The notes beneath the pieces were generated by a model. That model made no database searches. It was not told the origin of the DNA and was given only the letters and a program-made list of their open reading frames with translations. DNA of 64,000 nt from a virus: IMG/VR virus record IMGVR_UViG_3300030085_002462, one strand, 5' to 3'. The position numbers and the translations under genes were made by a program. Of the stretch, positions 34,601 through 38,871 are shown piece after piece. Each line of letters opens with the position of its first letter. The stretch's first letter is position 1.

Positions 34601-37248
34601 TCCCTGCATCTCAGACATCACTACAAACTCTGAATAAACCAGAATATTTTGTGATCGCGTCTGATTCCTCTTCGTGGTTTGAAATTGCAGAATCTCCTAT
34701 TCATGATGGTAGATTCCATAATTTCTTCATCGATATTACCAATAATGGTGCACAGCAATTTGCTTTGACACTCAGAAGTGGAATTACTAGAGCAACCACC
34801 ACATACGGCACAAGAGAAAACTTCACTCCTCTTGAGGGTGGATTCCTCCCCGCAGACGTGCTTTATGGATCTACCTCCCAAGCATACGCTGAAGTTGGTA
34901 GTGTGCTTCAGAATGAGGCAGAAATTATTCAGTCTTACAAGCACTATGAATTGAATAATCTCTCAACCAACCTGCAAGAATTTGCAAATGGTGAGACTCT
35001 GGTTGTCCAAGGTAACACAAGTGTTAATGGTAAGATTCTGCAAACAAGATTGCAGGATGCACAAGCAACTTCATTCGTTAAACTTATTAATCAACAAGGC
35101 ACCATCAGTCAAAATGATGTGCTTCTTTCACAAGAAAGTAACTTGGAGGGCACTGTCACAGATATTAGTGATCGCTTCCTAATCAACGTTAAGAAAGGTG
35201 CATTTGCTACAGGCGACTGGTTCTTCAGTAAGACTGCTGCAACTTACGCCAAGATGAGTGAATACTCCAATAAGTCTGGTGCTATCGTTGATAACACTGG
35301 CGGTAAGATCACAATGGACGTTGAGACCATTGATGGAGCATGGAATTCTGGCGATATCATTTATGGTAACCAGACATCTTACATCTTGGAAGTCAAGGGT
35401 GTTTCTGGATCTAGTCCACTAACTCTCAACTCTTATGTCCACGGCACTAACGTGTATGAGTTGAATCTTGGCACTGCAATTATTGACACTGGTATTACAG
35501 ATACCTTCTCACCTGGCGATACCGTCTACATGCTGCAAGGCACCGTTATTAAGGAGCCTGGATTCAGCGCAACGGTCACCAAATATGTTAATGGATTGAA
35601 TCTTGATCCAGGCGAGCCAAATTACGGTGTCCACAAACTTTGGATTGCTAATCCCATTGATGTTGGATCTGGTGAGCCAGTTAGCGCAGTTGCCAATACA
35701 ATCTACTCGATTGGTAAGTATGACATTAACTCTAACTTCCCAACTATCTACGCGCCTGTAACATCACTGACAGACACAACATATACCTCTTACGGACGTG
35801 TTGTTAAGATCGATATCGCAGGTGTTACTGGCACCATCTGGATTGAGAATGCAGTTGGCGATTTCCTTGATAACATGTCTCTCGCCGCTAATGACGGATG
35901 GGGTGCTGCTGTTACCAGAGCCGCTAAACTTCAAGGTCGCGTTGATCGTTACTTCAGAGGTTTCGACGGCACACAAACAGAATTCTCACTCACCATCTCC
36001 AATGGTGAATCCTACTTCCCTGATCCTGCAGGTCATCTGCTCGTCTTTGTTAATGGTATTCTCCAACCACCTGGCGGTAACTTCGCTTATAACGCATTCT
36101 CTGATCAGATTCGCTTCACTGAAGCACCTGAGATTGGATCCGAATTCGTTGGTTACTACATCGGTAAGATGCGTCAGTTGGATGATATCTCCTTCGAGTT
36201 TGACTCATTGAGATCTTCCTTCAACCTCCGTTACTTGGGTATTTACTACTCCTTGACACTGACTGAAGGTGTTTCCTCTAACGTTATTAGACCTGAAAAT
36301 AATATTATTGTTTCTCTCAACGGTGTTATACAGGAGCCTGGCGTTTCATATGAGATCGTTGGTTCTAGAATCATCTTCTCTGAAGTGCCTCGCGCAGGCG
36401 GCACATTCGTGGCATTCTCCTACATTGGATCTGATGCTGACGTGATCGCTGCAACTGTTGTGCCTCCTATCGAGACGGGTGACTCACTCTTTATCGAAGG
36501 TGAGGAATTCAACAGAGAGGTTGCTTTGATCGAATCTTCCAACTCTCTAATCACCTTTGAATACACTGGATCTGTTAAGGGTCGTAACGCTGAGGCACTT
36601 GCCAGAATCAAGAAAGGTAAGGTTACCGAAGCACTTCTCACCAATCCTGGCGATGGTTATACCTCCAGACCTAACGTTGACATCATCTCCTCTTCTGGAT
36701 TTGATGGTCGCATCAAGGCACTGAATGGTATCGCACGCATTGACGTGAAGACTGCAGGCACAGGATATGCAATGCCTAATGTGTTGGTTGAGACTACTGT
36801 CCCTGATGACTACACAGAACCTCAAGGCACACCTGTCAACGGTGGTTTTGATGTCCTCGCAGGCGAAGGTGCAGAATACTATGGTGGTGGCGCACAGATC
36901 GATCCTGGCACAATCGCTATCACATACAACCCTGTTAACGTAACTGTTAACCAAGGTCAGACAGCATCCTTCACAGTTATTGCTACTGTTAGCAATGGTC
37001 AGCAACTGAATTATCAGTGGCAGAAGAAGGACTACGGCACAACTGTTTGGAGTAATATCATTGGCGCTAACCAAGCGACATTTAGTACGATCTCCGCAGC
37101 GCAGGCAGACGATGGTGATGAATATAGAGTGGCAATCACAGCAGCAGGTGCAACACCTGTCTACTCCAACTCTGCGATCCTCACAGTCCAGACTGGTGCT
37201 ACTGTCTTGAGCAACTTCAGTCCTGCACAAATCTTTGACGACGCCTAA
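16660..37248 (+). CDS. gp7: Giant baseplate wedge initiator gp7-like protein (6862 aa), multidomain
   Basis: N-terminal QLPEFIRED..FV.LL.EYY and IRDFYASKGT..S..YLFKILFGEDV motifs; position after gp6; contains GxGY repeats, a split YHYH domain, a propeller-like region, two LamG-like domains, CBM-like repeats, helical repeats and a C-terminal Ig domain. Confidence 0.85.
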   Translation: MSSQLAKRVNVSDRVEYQLPEFIREDDRQFVNLLLEYYRSQEKTGRPYDVLNNIINYLDLDNYGSEGLSAETLLLRDIGITDQSIEVETIDGFTEKNGSILIDNEIIYYESVSRGPDAILTPGISYDQFKKKEQQLENPFSLFDGTRRRFDLSNLGTPVAPPTANHLLVTTYNNFLIPNVDYTVDGDEIVFTTPPRLRTGVDDSEFTQLVYLVGYADQSVLEMDDINYEVYQGKSEYPLKLNGSNYYPTSEIGLIVNKNGNLLVPFQDYVIFQTNDGSSFVSFNAGALGAADVIHIRSVEYNAPQYGSGAKLICEVNESSKALSGLQVKSGGSGYRLDFAPKVAIVSTTGEGAAARSLVGGIKDIQLISGGQGYTSFNPPIPFVSAPTNPNGSRAEIEIEVDDTSGQVSSIRITNSGSGYDFIPAISFINPAGAKISDPTIDSEGRVNVDSIQVTKTGVGYKNAPVVYIDPAPDGGINAQATSRINSDGQVIEIQVNNRGRGYVTPPRARIIDPVGAQVLDVTVASGAVTEIEMLTGGMGYTDPPSVYIVDDRKDAYGNPVGGQGAKAVATIFNGEITDINITDFGSGYSDQFPPKIYIAEPAAAKASVNIGYDEVTGFEIIRGGKEYSPSALLGCARGVSNVIGFDDLGNQIYAREEQLANTNHNAGTRIVNLDSIFVKEVFDRFRRQYLPTLEINYDRINPVQVIKTIRDFYASKGTKMSTQYLFKILFGEDVDVFYPKDEIISPSHATWVVDTILRAELISGDPRNLIDGQLNQYRDEVDTNIREASALIENVISIIQGTDTIYELAISEETLVGQFIIPYKTRLVEPLNTTGQIITVDSTIGWPERNGTILINDEEQVQYKEKSLNQFIECTRSKNGIVEDWDPGTIVQSDIFVYVNKDTPTECKLRILGIAEAGTTVLDDTGSYYLPSDKLKVASLGSSAEDERLSSWLYNVKKLIQVSSVTPGGDNNQTATVVCDNPHGLLVSDQVTIYGANPVIYNGTFAVTSRIDEYQFSYRLAQPTDIIPQGNILLSVDLNRGKSDVTSINKVVSEFTTNIQNSFFNDDYVYVAASGLPNYKIGPFTGSALIPGNQRKLMRFPRNVLTVSERQDIQPNTSIGSWVNGVSIWSYKSSEYVQFGPLTNITVDGGGEGYDAGAKPNLEIIGGGGTGASGSVVVNGSLTSFDVTEGGSGYTDSPLISIVGGGGSGGTARAVVTGGRVTRILVDSPGTGYTSQPDVAITGGGGSGAAATANVRGPISSVMIDSFGSGYTSLPQIRVNSGENALAQPIVINGRIVSIAIINSGNSYTTAPNVIINGDGFGAIAQATIGTFGEDKGKVLSIQILNRGIGYTQGNTTVRLEAVGQNATFTPTVYRWYRNNQYDLGSNYDFARGYVFTGLNNAFGGEYAHLSDPKELRYVVGDNVFLNPVTQQFQELSSNFSHSPILGWAFDGNPIYGPYAYADPTDQNSGIRRMRTSYKLKTNVVFDAATNPNPSRTDGPPLASYPAGQFVADYYYDFQSGDLDNYNGRFCKTPEYPDGVYAYFITVDASEAGVAEFPYILGPQFNSLPDQWNLGQGATQENIPQDVVRYRDPYVNVDIDIDRQPNQESDVLTTEIEGYPLIFEIQDSNNDGVIDASEQQETLEMTTEATLQIYDYFPQVPPESRVDIEVETTTQFEDAQIDGFVIENPGVSYQVNDTVFFNNEGTEGYGASAIIDSVKGQVIQAYQKEIIGDQPYGKITTAEIHDLKQQDGIIVNSRPIADNTNKAFKNVVVSGIETVSIDQVGRGYNSDLPPVYELITSQGSDAEFRINLESNGGISTVDILNSGNGYDVDNPPQIRVTHPQQYKKTRYWLSEYIEADGQLMIHDSKITADRYLYICGSIEIGNGNMAGFLAKFDDLGRLVWERHLQPINTGDKRSEFLRMYINESYENDRIYVAGQTYSPTNDLFNPDIWVGMYESGFNTANAPDGLLQWQKSIAGISGTTRRDYITSISLDAEERIYLAGYTNTNSPDPDDIWVIQADQDGDVVEKRKFASIDGNERLEQIADLGNNRFFWVGVNEDNDDCLYGVFFYDGANLEMEYAKQVTVTGGYVRNPRFVIDEYQDVFILWDFYNNATSVWEKVQLSRISLANTASGGSFTWSKTIALTPMDSVTPISIQHAGLNLDEFGNISVVTDMKYKQNVRVAGLTYFKYDGTVLRQSYLEDTNSAGFSVKSHVVDSSGDPIMVCERQLPDQAAAFRFTEDGNNWNEDFTKRKLAPLSVIDTAASAWERDTTAYKWGPASLKLKTSNAVKATNFNRNVQPEWCVEGWYSMDGTNHGVNHQPKMMTVVPVAGKTAHFIIDGDSTSANYQKVLLYFDGVEVASSTTAYNWTTFASSAWVHLSFSKENPTVGSYTYRVFVNGVAMIELVSTEDIGLDDVYWASDSTPSASDAFLGNLDDLVVSETAKYTATYTVPADYVEITTQASDVAIYKVDRLHTERGDKTLTTLNNYTQFSFSENFNVNVQTVTNGAISNWEEGPGGLQILDMSYTIATMIPATVALSTNVEIFGSKTSTVPTPRGQKLKLSSNVVPKFYIRDALYSKIDNVKEFTFNQDCKFTKGSIIQQVNAAGVVQAYGTIVESPAGGINTPGLGTKYKVGKIFGTFNNTDLFKNDLDEINHITGVYFDTEEAEIPWASGTAYAQGDRVYSDKKIYEAQGAGTSGTITPIHTAGVASDGVINWAFIDDSGKFTIDAANHPYQIPEYQGSDMIEWDAHILYAPGYRIWKGLNVYETTNGGVSGTTPPTHTTGTVNDGNVDWTFVETREALGTYARFMAYDEDFYTVRIEEIQPGSTYIPGDVISIRSDNIEIDETEKILRVVNLPSVKKIRVTSTVKKDIIRTAEVRTDQVYATSVTRHNYNNGEILYTTGFSQTAFNGSFFVKEVFGSREFTFTIRDTAVEEPAFLQSAISNVNIYAKHPTLTFTRGHAYVFDLADPSNFGYYLSFSQDNQYKLEYSFNNITREGTPGVPTTSTAPFVKFTVLGDVTNISYYFDPSRVGANSPVGDKSFIDVIKTPYDGTFTISEIITDTEFRFPLVREPEQTSAEVGTDEFDNAYSYYSTTSTKAVGPINSIKLVSPGGFYKRLPIISDIASYRQIEKINITDGGTEYAPGVYYDVGILGDGEGAKATITVEIDDETGSGTITGVAITDPGKGYTTASIDIDAIPGILGPTLAGSGAALEVVIPEEGSGASVFLTGRNIGKIKRLKNNEFGYGYSHDYTLRPEISFPVNLQLFNTSILTQIKITNPGSGYTSAPAVVIEGGGGEGAQAEAIVKNNRLSEIVIKNPGQGYSSEPIVTLKSEFNYVVNLDLNYLQFNFPHGITTGAAVQFRADDVGTTEGELPKPSSVGLTSLVEGQIYYAIAGNQNSLESDQIRFALTPQAAATGDFITFLTQGSGRQVLLTEVFGGTAEAIVSTSRFLEGEEVFQGPSLEQATATAVVSTNTGWQIGPKILKLVNNQGDFVQGEKVTGTVSKASGVIDNLNIAKGVLNIGSLTKTPGKFIDDVGKPSEIVQKIQDSFFYQNFSYVIKSEIPITEWKTQILENNHPAGFNLFGQLQLTGGKDVSGRKIGTEFIKNVNIFDYANVNQITSFGAAQPIYTDYNNTEVLFRKRRLTSSEEILTSIVKKLDDISGQFDGVQKSFPLTVENESVIVKDDQLMITINGIIQSPRISYSIVGGNIVFAEAPKPPSKVVYRNIRVTPVEIYRIELYQVGGIFPTLGQQIQGQANDTFATVIDTGASSIDVINITGTPFQLNEQLRRGTIFSALVQSVTLLNSDTIFEFGESITNLNGDTAKIEETNLNDGVVTDALVISKTSGTSDEETGQFNIRLNDYVYSAATKIAGQVSFISPYLDPNTGEPVDTLTINAGSTFFGLLFERLLSITNPNVVLDDISKSTITPTELYNADNRINADFLDFEDVRSSEVVMTDLTGGQFSEGELIRNKKVDYINEVTTAISRYYDAGNRIIDNRQEIIDFAEAQITVDHPGFYYPGAQQTDQWGRFRDAYRLIIKNKDLIVDYTYELMVAQFPSLVVPSADKCKRDLGKFIDAVARDTHSGGNVYGRKFTMQYFDSNSGLAYISSEIAETRWAYEKAKDLMLLAITNQLSGNYGSGNFGPAYNEISVGGSGGTGITIDPAPGNPYGTAGSNTTANDPGNCSDVQSAITTTWTYIDETLGAGNMDDLPDEVLPTEFTLNQTKCRRDIGIFVDAIVEDLKSNGNWGVVKFTKKYFDGAGAPISNGLVGEVAESITAFNHARTLMYSAINNLLYGKDLTITADPASYGGSAPGHKYDPNYANGSNQLLTNCADVKASIDTLLAVATTAISAGNLNNIVALEQANQVTDGTYTIGETIRVNKIAYQEKGDGLFFRDDVIKGMSSNASFTALGVNTGFRWLFAGNVTGSFQSREYITNSQLDVGSGVSQTVINVAAGSKSLKFDGSSNSYINMPNSYDYEFGTGDFTIEGWYYFPATTASPQQVLFDVGYQTDYQIVVVWDTVIRAYTATNGQGTDLYNTANKVTPSANTWHHIALVKGSNVMTLYVDGVVTGQVGDTGTYNYGHVTIGASAATNAGNFNGGVDHFIVSNAARYTQPFTPSAVYDSTADDVITSFNNEHPILVADQDVYAKYTDTITANATATYVDYDDDRITIQEWDIGRQEYRDAADIIEKNAAWIAEEAVGRLKLRYPDFVFPGDNPAANTYGGTNYCIRDTRDYIVPAMVKDLRNGGNYNVTTTARFYLTKGGELEFIGNELLQTLYTWDQVADIAKEVVTSTSLDLSGTYSTILRIPNNFSSPASQPVLDEIQALSDEIATILSPTGHRYRDAGDLIWKNKDYIADEAVGYIQDKYTKDIAGTLTDFLIMPGNGEPSCHRDLSDHVIPAIIGDLCTGGNANTQTIISKYLNNQDQILHVQDELSPMLDALHFCNDLAQKAINNLLLSPGETASSLGIDVRYQDDYYEPQWTTRDAFRGASTTIDSKAYPQATRAQNDRFLDAADLLQANKKLIAHEAVAFMNDLGKYGSFNVPGGAINCVDDVVDILDAVTHDLSYDCNERTYDASALYLREEDNALLHVSTEAEATRTVLRVARDMAILTMRNGFGRPHVDGNNPDFRPVESYEQNTVHQDVYDAYHYLDSHIRWIANESVKRMKANYPNFTVNGGAGAMWWKEFTPTNASYTASTGVLTLTIPDHRLNVGEYISLAANGITFTCSMDSNATNHPYPRNTDPAYEKRLLITDTTPDTLTINVGASPSGQQYDHTFVSAVTGAVRYGWNDGGEHFTPTAVNYTASTGEMVLTIPNHSFNVGSRMSIEPHSLVFTCAMDNNQSEHAYPRNGDPAYGTTRAITAIGTSTQDITNATYDPVSGKMVITTSGNHGLVTGNRIKLAANSLTFTCTMDSNGSNHTYPRATDPANEKWLLVSRESDTTFSCYVGVAANNNQYAHTFVSATAGALIKQNGTVTVNVGASPSNNQYAHTFVRAVQGGIISAGAIDCVHDVADLIRAVLWNAENGGDNYVGLATEFYLSGPAIIHVTSQVTETLYAIQQAKNIMINMALGAGVGSIVGEVAQPPANTFNGTSDQNTEIQNRLTYLWDIVEDTMQDPNGQNASTYPNSASSKNFQWELPNFWPIKYTSEIADRDLTITFDSANGGLGNNGTWNQTCPQVASSITTLMEIVDSTIVGGLTNTNYLSGITRTTAYSSNTNYQEGTCENVRSMIDNLFVLMTESLTADNRNLRQYADLMRFNGPAIYRRAYDETVISYPQFATQILTYNSDPYLLGKEIVDAIQYDLITKGNAGAFKLIGDWFDGDGAFIAFPNIIRSFLLEFLSKIREMAKSVIYLSQTEPEWAAYSNYIYNIPINTRLEWNQEHAEFILDSSLNVIRYAMSRSEFPTENRVNFVPSTDVVNISNKYNLGYDWNTDPALVLLTPTVPVGYDRAEYRIRINKPNNFRRGDIVTYIPASQTSLQTLNKPEYFVIASDSSSWFEIAESPIHDGRFHNFFIDITNNGAQQFALTLRSGITRATTTYGTRENFTPLEGGFLPADVLYGSTSQAYAEVGSVLQNEAEIIQSYKHYELNNLSTNLQEFANGETLVVQGNTSVNGKILQTRLQDAQATSFVKLINQQGTISQNDVLLSQESNLEGTVTDISDRFLINVKKGAFATGDWFFSKTAATYAKMSEYSNKSGAIVDNTGGKITMDVETIDGAWNSGDIIYGNQTSYILEVKGVSGSSPLTLNSYVHGTNVYELNLGTAIIDTGITDTFSPGDTVYMLQGTVIKEPGFSATVTKYVNGLNLDPGEPNYGVHKLWIANPIDVGSGEPVSAVANTIYSIGKYDINSNFPTIYAPVTSLTDTTYTSYGRVVKIDIAGVTGTIWIENAVGDFLDNMSLAANDGWGAAVTRAAKLQGRVDRYFRGFDGTQTEFSLTISNGESYFPDPAGHLLVFVNGILQPPGGNFAYNAFSDQIRFTEAPEIGSEFVGYYIGKMRQLDDISFEFDSLRSSFNLRYLGIYYSLTLTEGVSSNVIRPENNIIVSLNGVIQEPGVSYEIVGSRIIFSEVPRAGGTFVAFSYIGSDADVIAATVVPPIETGDSLFIEGEEFNREVALIESSNSLITFEYTGSVKGRNAEALARIKKGKVTEALLTNPGDGYTSRPNVDIISSSGFDGRIKALNGIARIDVKTAGTGYAMPNVLVETTVPDDYTEPQGTPVNGGFDVLAGEGAEYYGGGAQIDPGTIAITYNPVNVTVNQGQTASFTVIATVSNGQQLNYQWQKKDYGTTVWSNIIGANQATFSTISAAQADDGDEYRVAITAAGATPVYSNSAILTVQTGATVLSNFSPAQIFDDA
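28620..34300 (+). repeat. About seven degenerate helical repeats in gp7 (R(Y/F)RDA..LI..N..(F/W)I ... C.RD....DA...DL..GGN)
   Basis: Examples: KCKRDLGKFIDA, KCRRDIGIFVDA, YCIRDTRDYIVPA, SCHRDLSDHVIPA, NCVDDVVDILDA, DCVHDVADLIRA. Confidence 0.8.
32245..33171 (+). repeat. Three ~95-aa modules (FTC.MD.N...H.YPR..DP...Y.HTFV) in gp7, the third nested inside the second
   Basis: Copies start at 32245, 32572 and 32791; copy 2 resumes at 33100. Confidence 0.85.
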
Positions 37249-37251
37249 ATA
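37245..37251 (+). promoter_or_regulatory. Late promoter
   Basis: CTAAATA overlapping the gp7 stop. Confidence 0.6.
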
Positions 37252-37262
37252 CAAGTAAAAAG

Positions 37263-38846
37263 ATGACCGCTACCGCAACATACGATAGCTCTACTAGGAC
37301 ACTGGCAGTTACTGGTGACGGTCTGCCAGACCCCGTGAGTTACGGCACTTTCCCAAATGTTAACAACCCAAACTCTGTAACTGAGCAAGCATTTGCTCAT
37401 ACCTTCTATTACAGAGGTGGGACTTTTGGCATCTCTAGGACTTTTGATGATACTTCTTGGACACAAGAAGGTTTTATTAGAAGTGTCAATATTAGTGTTA
37501 ATGATAACTCTTTGTTTGATAATCAAATTCAGAGTGGTGATCATCTTTTGTTTGTTTTTTCTGACGGATTAAAACAAAGATTTGTCTATCAAGGCACAAC
37601 ATTTACAAGCACAGCTGGTAATTGTTGGTTAGCGACAGATCAAAGACTTGATCTGATTATGGAAAATAGTGAAAGTGGCACATCTGGTACTTGTGAATAT
37701 TATGACCAAAGAAACGGTAGGGCAGCTACTCCTCTTGGTGCTATTGGGATTGCTGCTAACGGGGTCGTTATGTTTAATCCTAGCGCTGGAAACGGTGGCA
37801 ATCCTCCAGCAGGATTTAATTGGAATGCACATTATCCCACTTCTCCTGTAGATTTTGGTGATGATGAATGTGGGGGACATCCAGAGCAAACAGGACAGTA
37901 TCACTATCATGATACTCATTTCCTAGATTGCTGGAAAGACAATTCCATTATGGCAACCTACAATGACTATTATGGATCAACCCAATACAACGGAAATAAC
38001 CTCAGACACCCTGACGGACACTCCAAGATGGTCGGAGTTGCATTTGATGGATTCCCAATCTATGGACCATTTGGTTACAACAACCCTTGGGATAATCTCT
38101 CTGGTACAGACTCTATGGTCTCGTCTTATAGGGTTAAATCAGAAGAAGCACTAGGTAGACCTGAGTATGGTCAGACCCAAGCAAACCCCCCTGCAGGGTC
38201 TCTCATGCAGGACTGGGAGTATGTTGAGGGTATAGGTGACCTAGACTACCATAATGGTAGATTTTGCCTTACACCAGAATTCCCAAATGGCACTTATGCC
38301 TATTTTTTAAGTCTTGATGAGAATGATGCTACTGAGGCAGCATTCCCATATTTGATTGGCACTACTACTAGAGAAGGTGTTAATCAACCTGTTAATAATG
38401 GTGCCGCAACTCCACCTAGTCAAGGTGGCGGTGGTGAGCAGCAAGGTCCTGCACCAACATTGCAGATTGGTGCTCAACCTCAGAATGTTACAACTGCGAG
38501 TGGTCTTGTTGCAACATTCACACTTACAGCACAAGTGCTACCAGAAAATGGACCTATTGCCTATCAGTGGCAGAGATCTACAGACGGTGGTTTCTCGTTT
38601 GCAACTATTACAGGTGCAACGTCAAATACTTACGCTGTAACTGCTCAAGGTTACATGACAGGATATCGTTATCGTTGTGAATTGCGTGGACCTCTCGGTG
38701 CACCTCAAGCAGCACAAAACTCACCATTGCTGTCTAGTGTTGCAACATTGACAGTAACTGGTAATGAGGGTGGCGGTAGTGGTGCCGACTTCTCCTTCAC
38801 TAATGCTACATTCGATAGCACAGGTATTACCTTTGATGGCACCTAA
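37263..38846 (+). CDS. YHYH-domain virion protein with a C-terminal Ig-like domain
   Basis: GAIGIAANGVVMF, CGGHPEQTGQYHYH, GHSKMVGVAFDGFPIYGP, GDLDYHNGRF..TPEFP..TYAYF; Ig motif AYQWQRSTDGG...YRC. Confidence 0.88.
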   Translation: MTATATYDSSTRTLAVTGDGLPDPVSYGTFPNVNNPNSVTEQAFAHTFYYRGGTFGISRTFDDTSWTQEGFIRSVNISVNDNSLFDNQIQSGDHLLFVFSDGLKQRFVYQGTTFTSTAGNCWLATDQRLDLIMENSESGTSGTCEYYDQRNGRAATPLGAIGIAANGVVMFNPSAGNGGNPPAGFNWNAHYPTSPVDFGDDECGGHPEQTGQYHYHDTHFLDCWKDNSIMATYNDYYGSTQYNGNNLRHPDGHSKMVGVAFDGFPIYGPFGYNNPWDNLSGTDSMVSSYRVKSEEALGRPEYGQTQANPPAGSLMQDWEYVEGIGDLDYHNGRFCLTPEFPNGTYAYFLSLDENDATEAAFPYLIGTTTREGVNQPVNNGAATPPSQGGGGEQQGPAPTLQIGAQPQNVTTASGLVATFTLTAQVLPENGPIAYQWQRSTDGGFSFATITGATSNTYAVTAQGYMTGYRYRCELRGPLGAPQAAQNSPLLSSVATLTVTGNEGGGSGADFSFTNATFDSTGITFDGT

Positions 38847-38849
38847 ATA
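38843..38849 (+). promoter_or_regulatory. Late promoter
   Basis: CTAAATA overlapping the stop, 23 nt before the next ATG. Confidence 0.6.
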
Positions 38850-38871
38850 AAACTGTAGAAATCCAAGCACG

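Noticed and set aside
16660-37248. Intein, intron or frameshift explaining the size of gp7
   Set aside because: No splice-junction, LAGLIDADG or HNH motifs were seen; the frame is continuous with uniform codon style.
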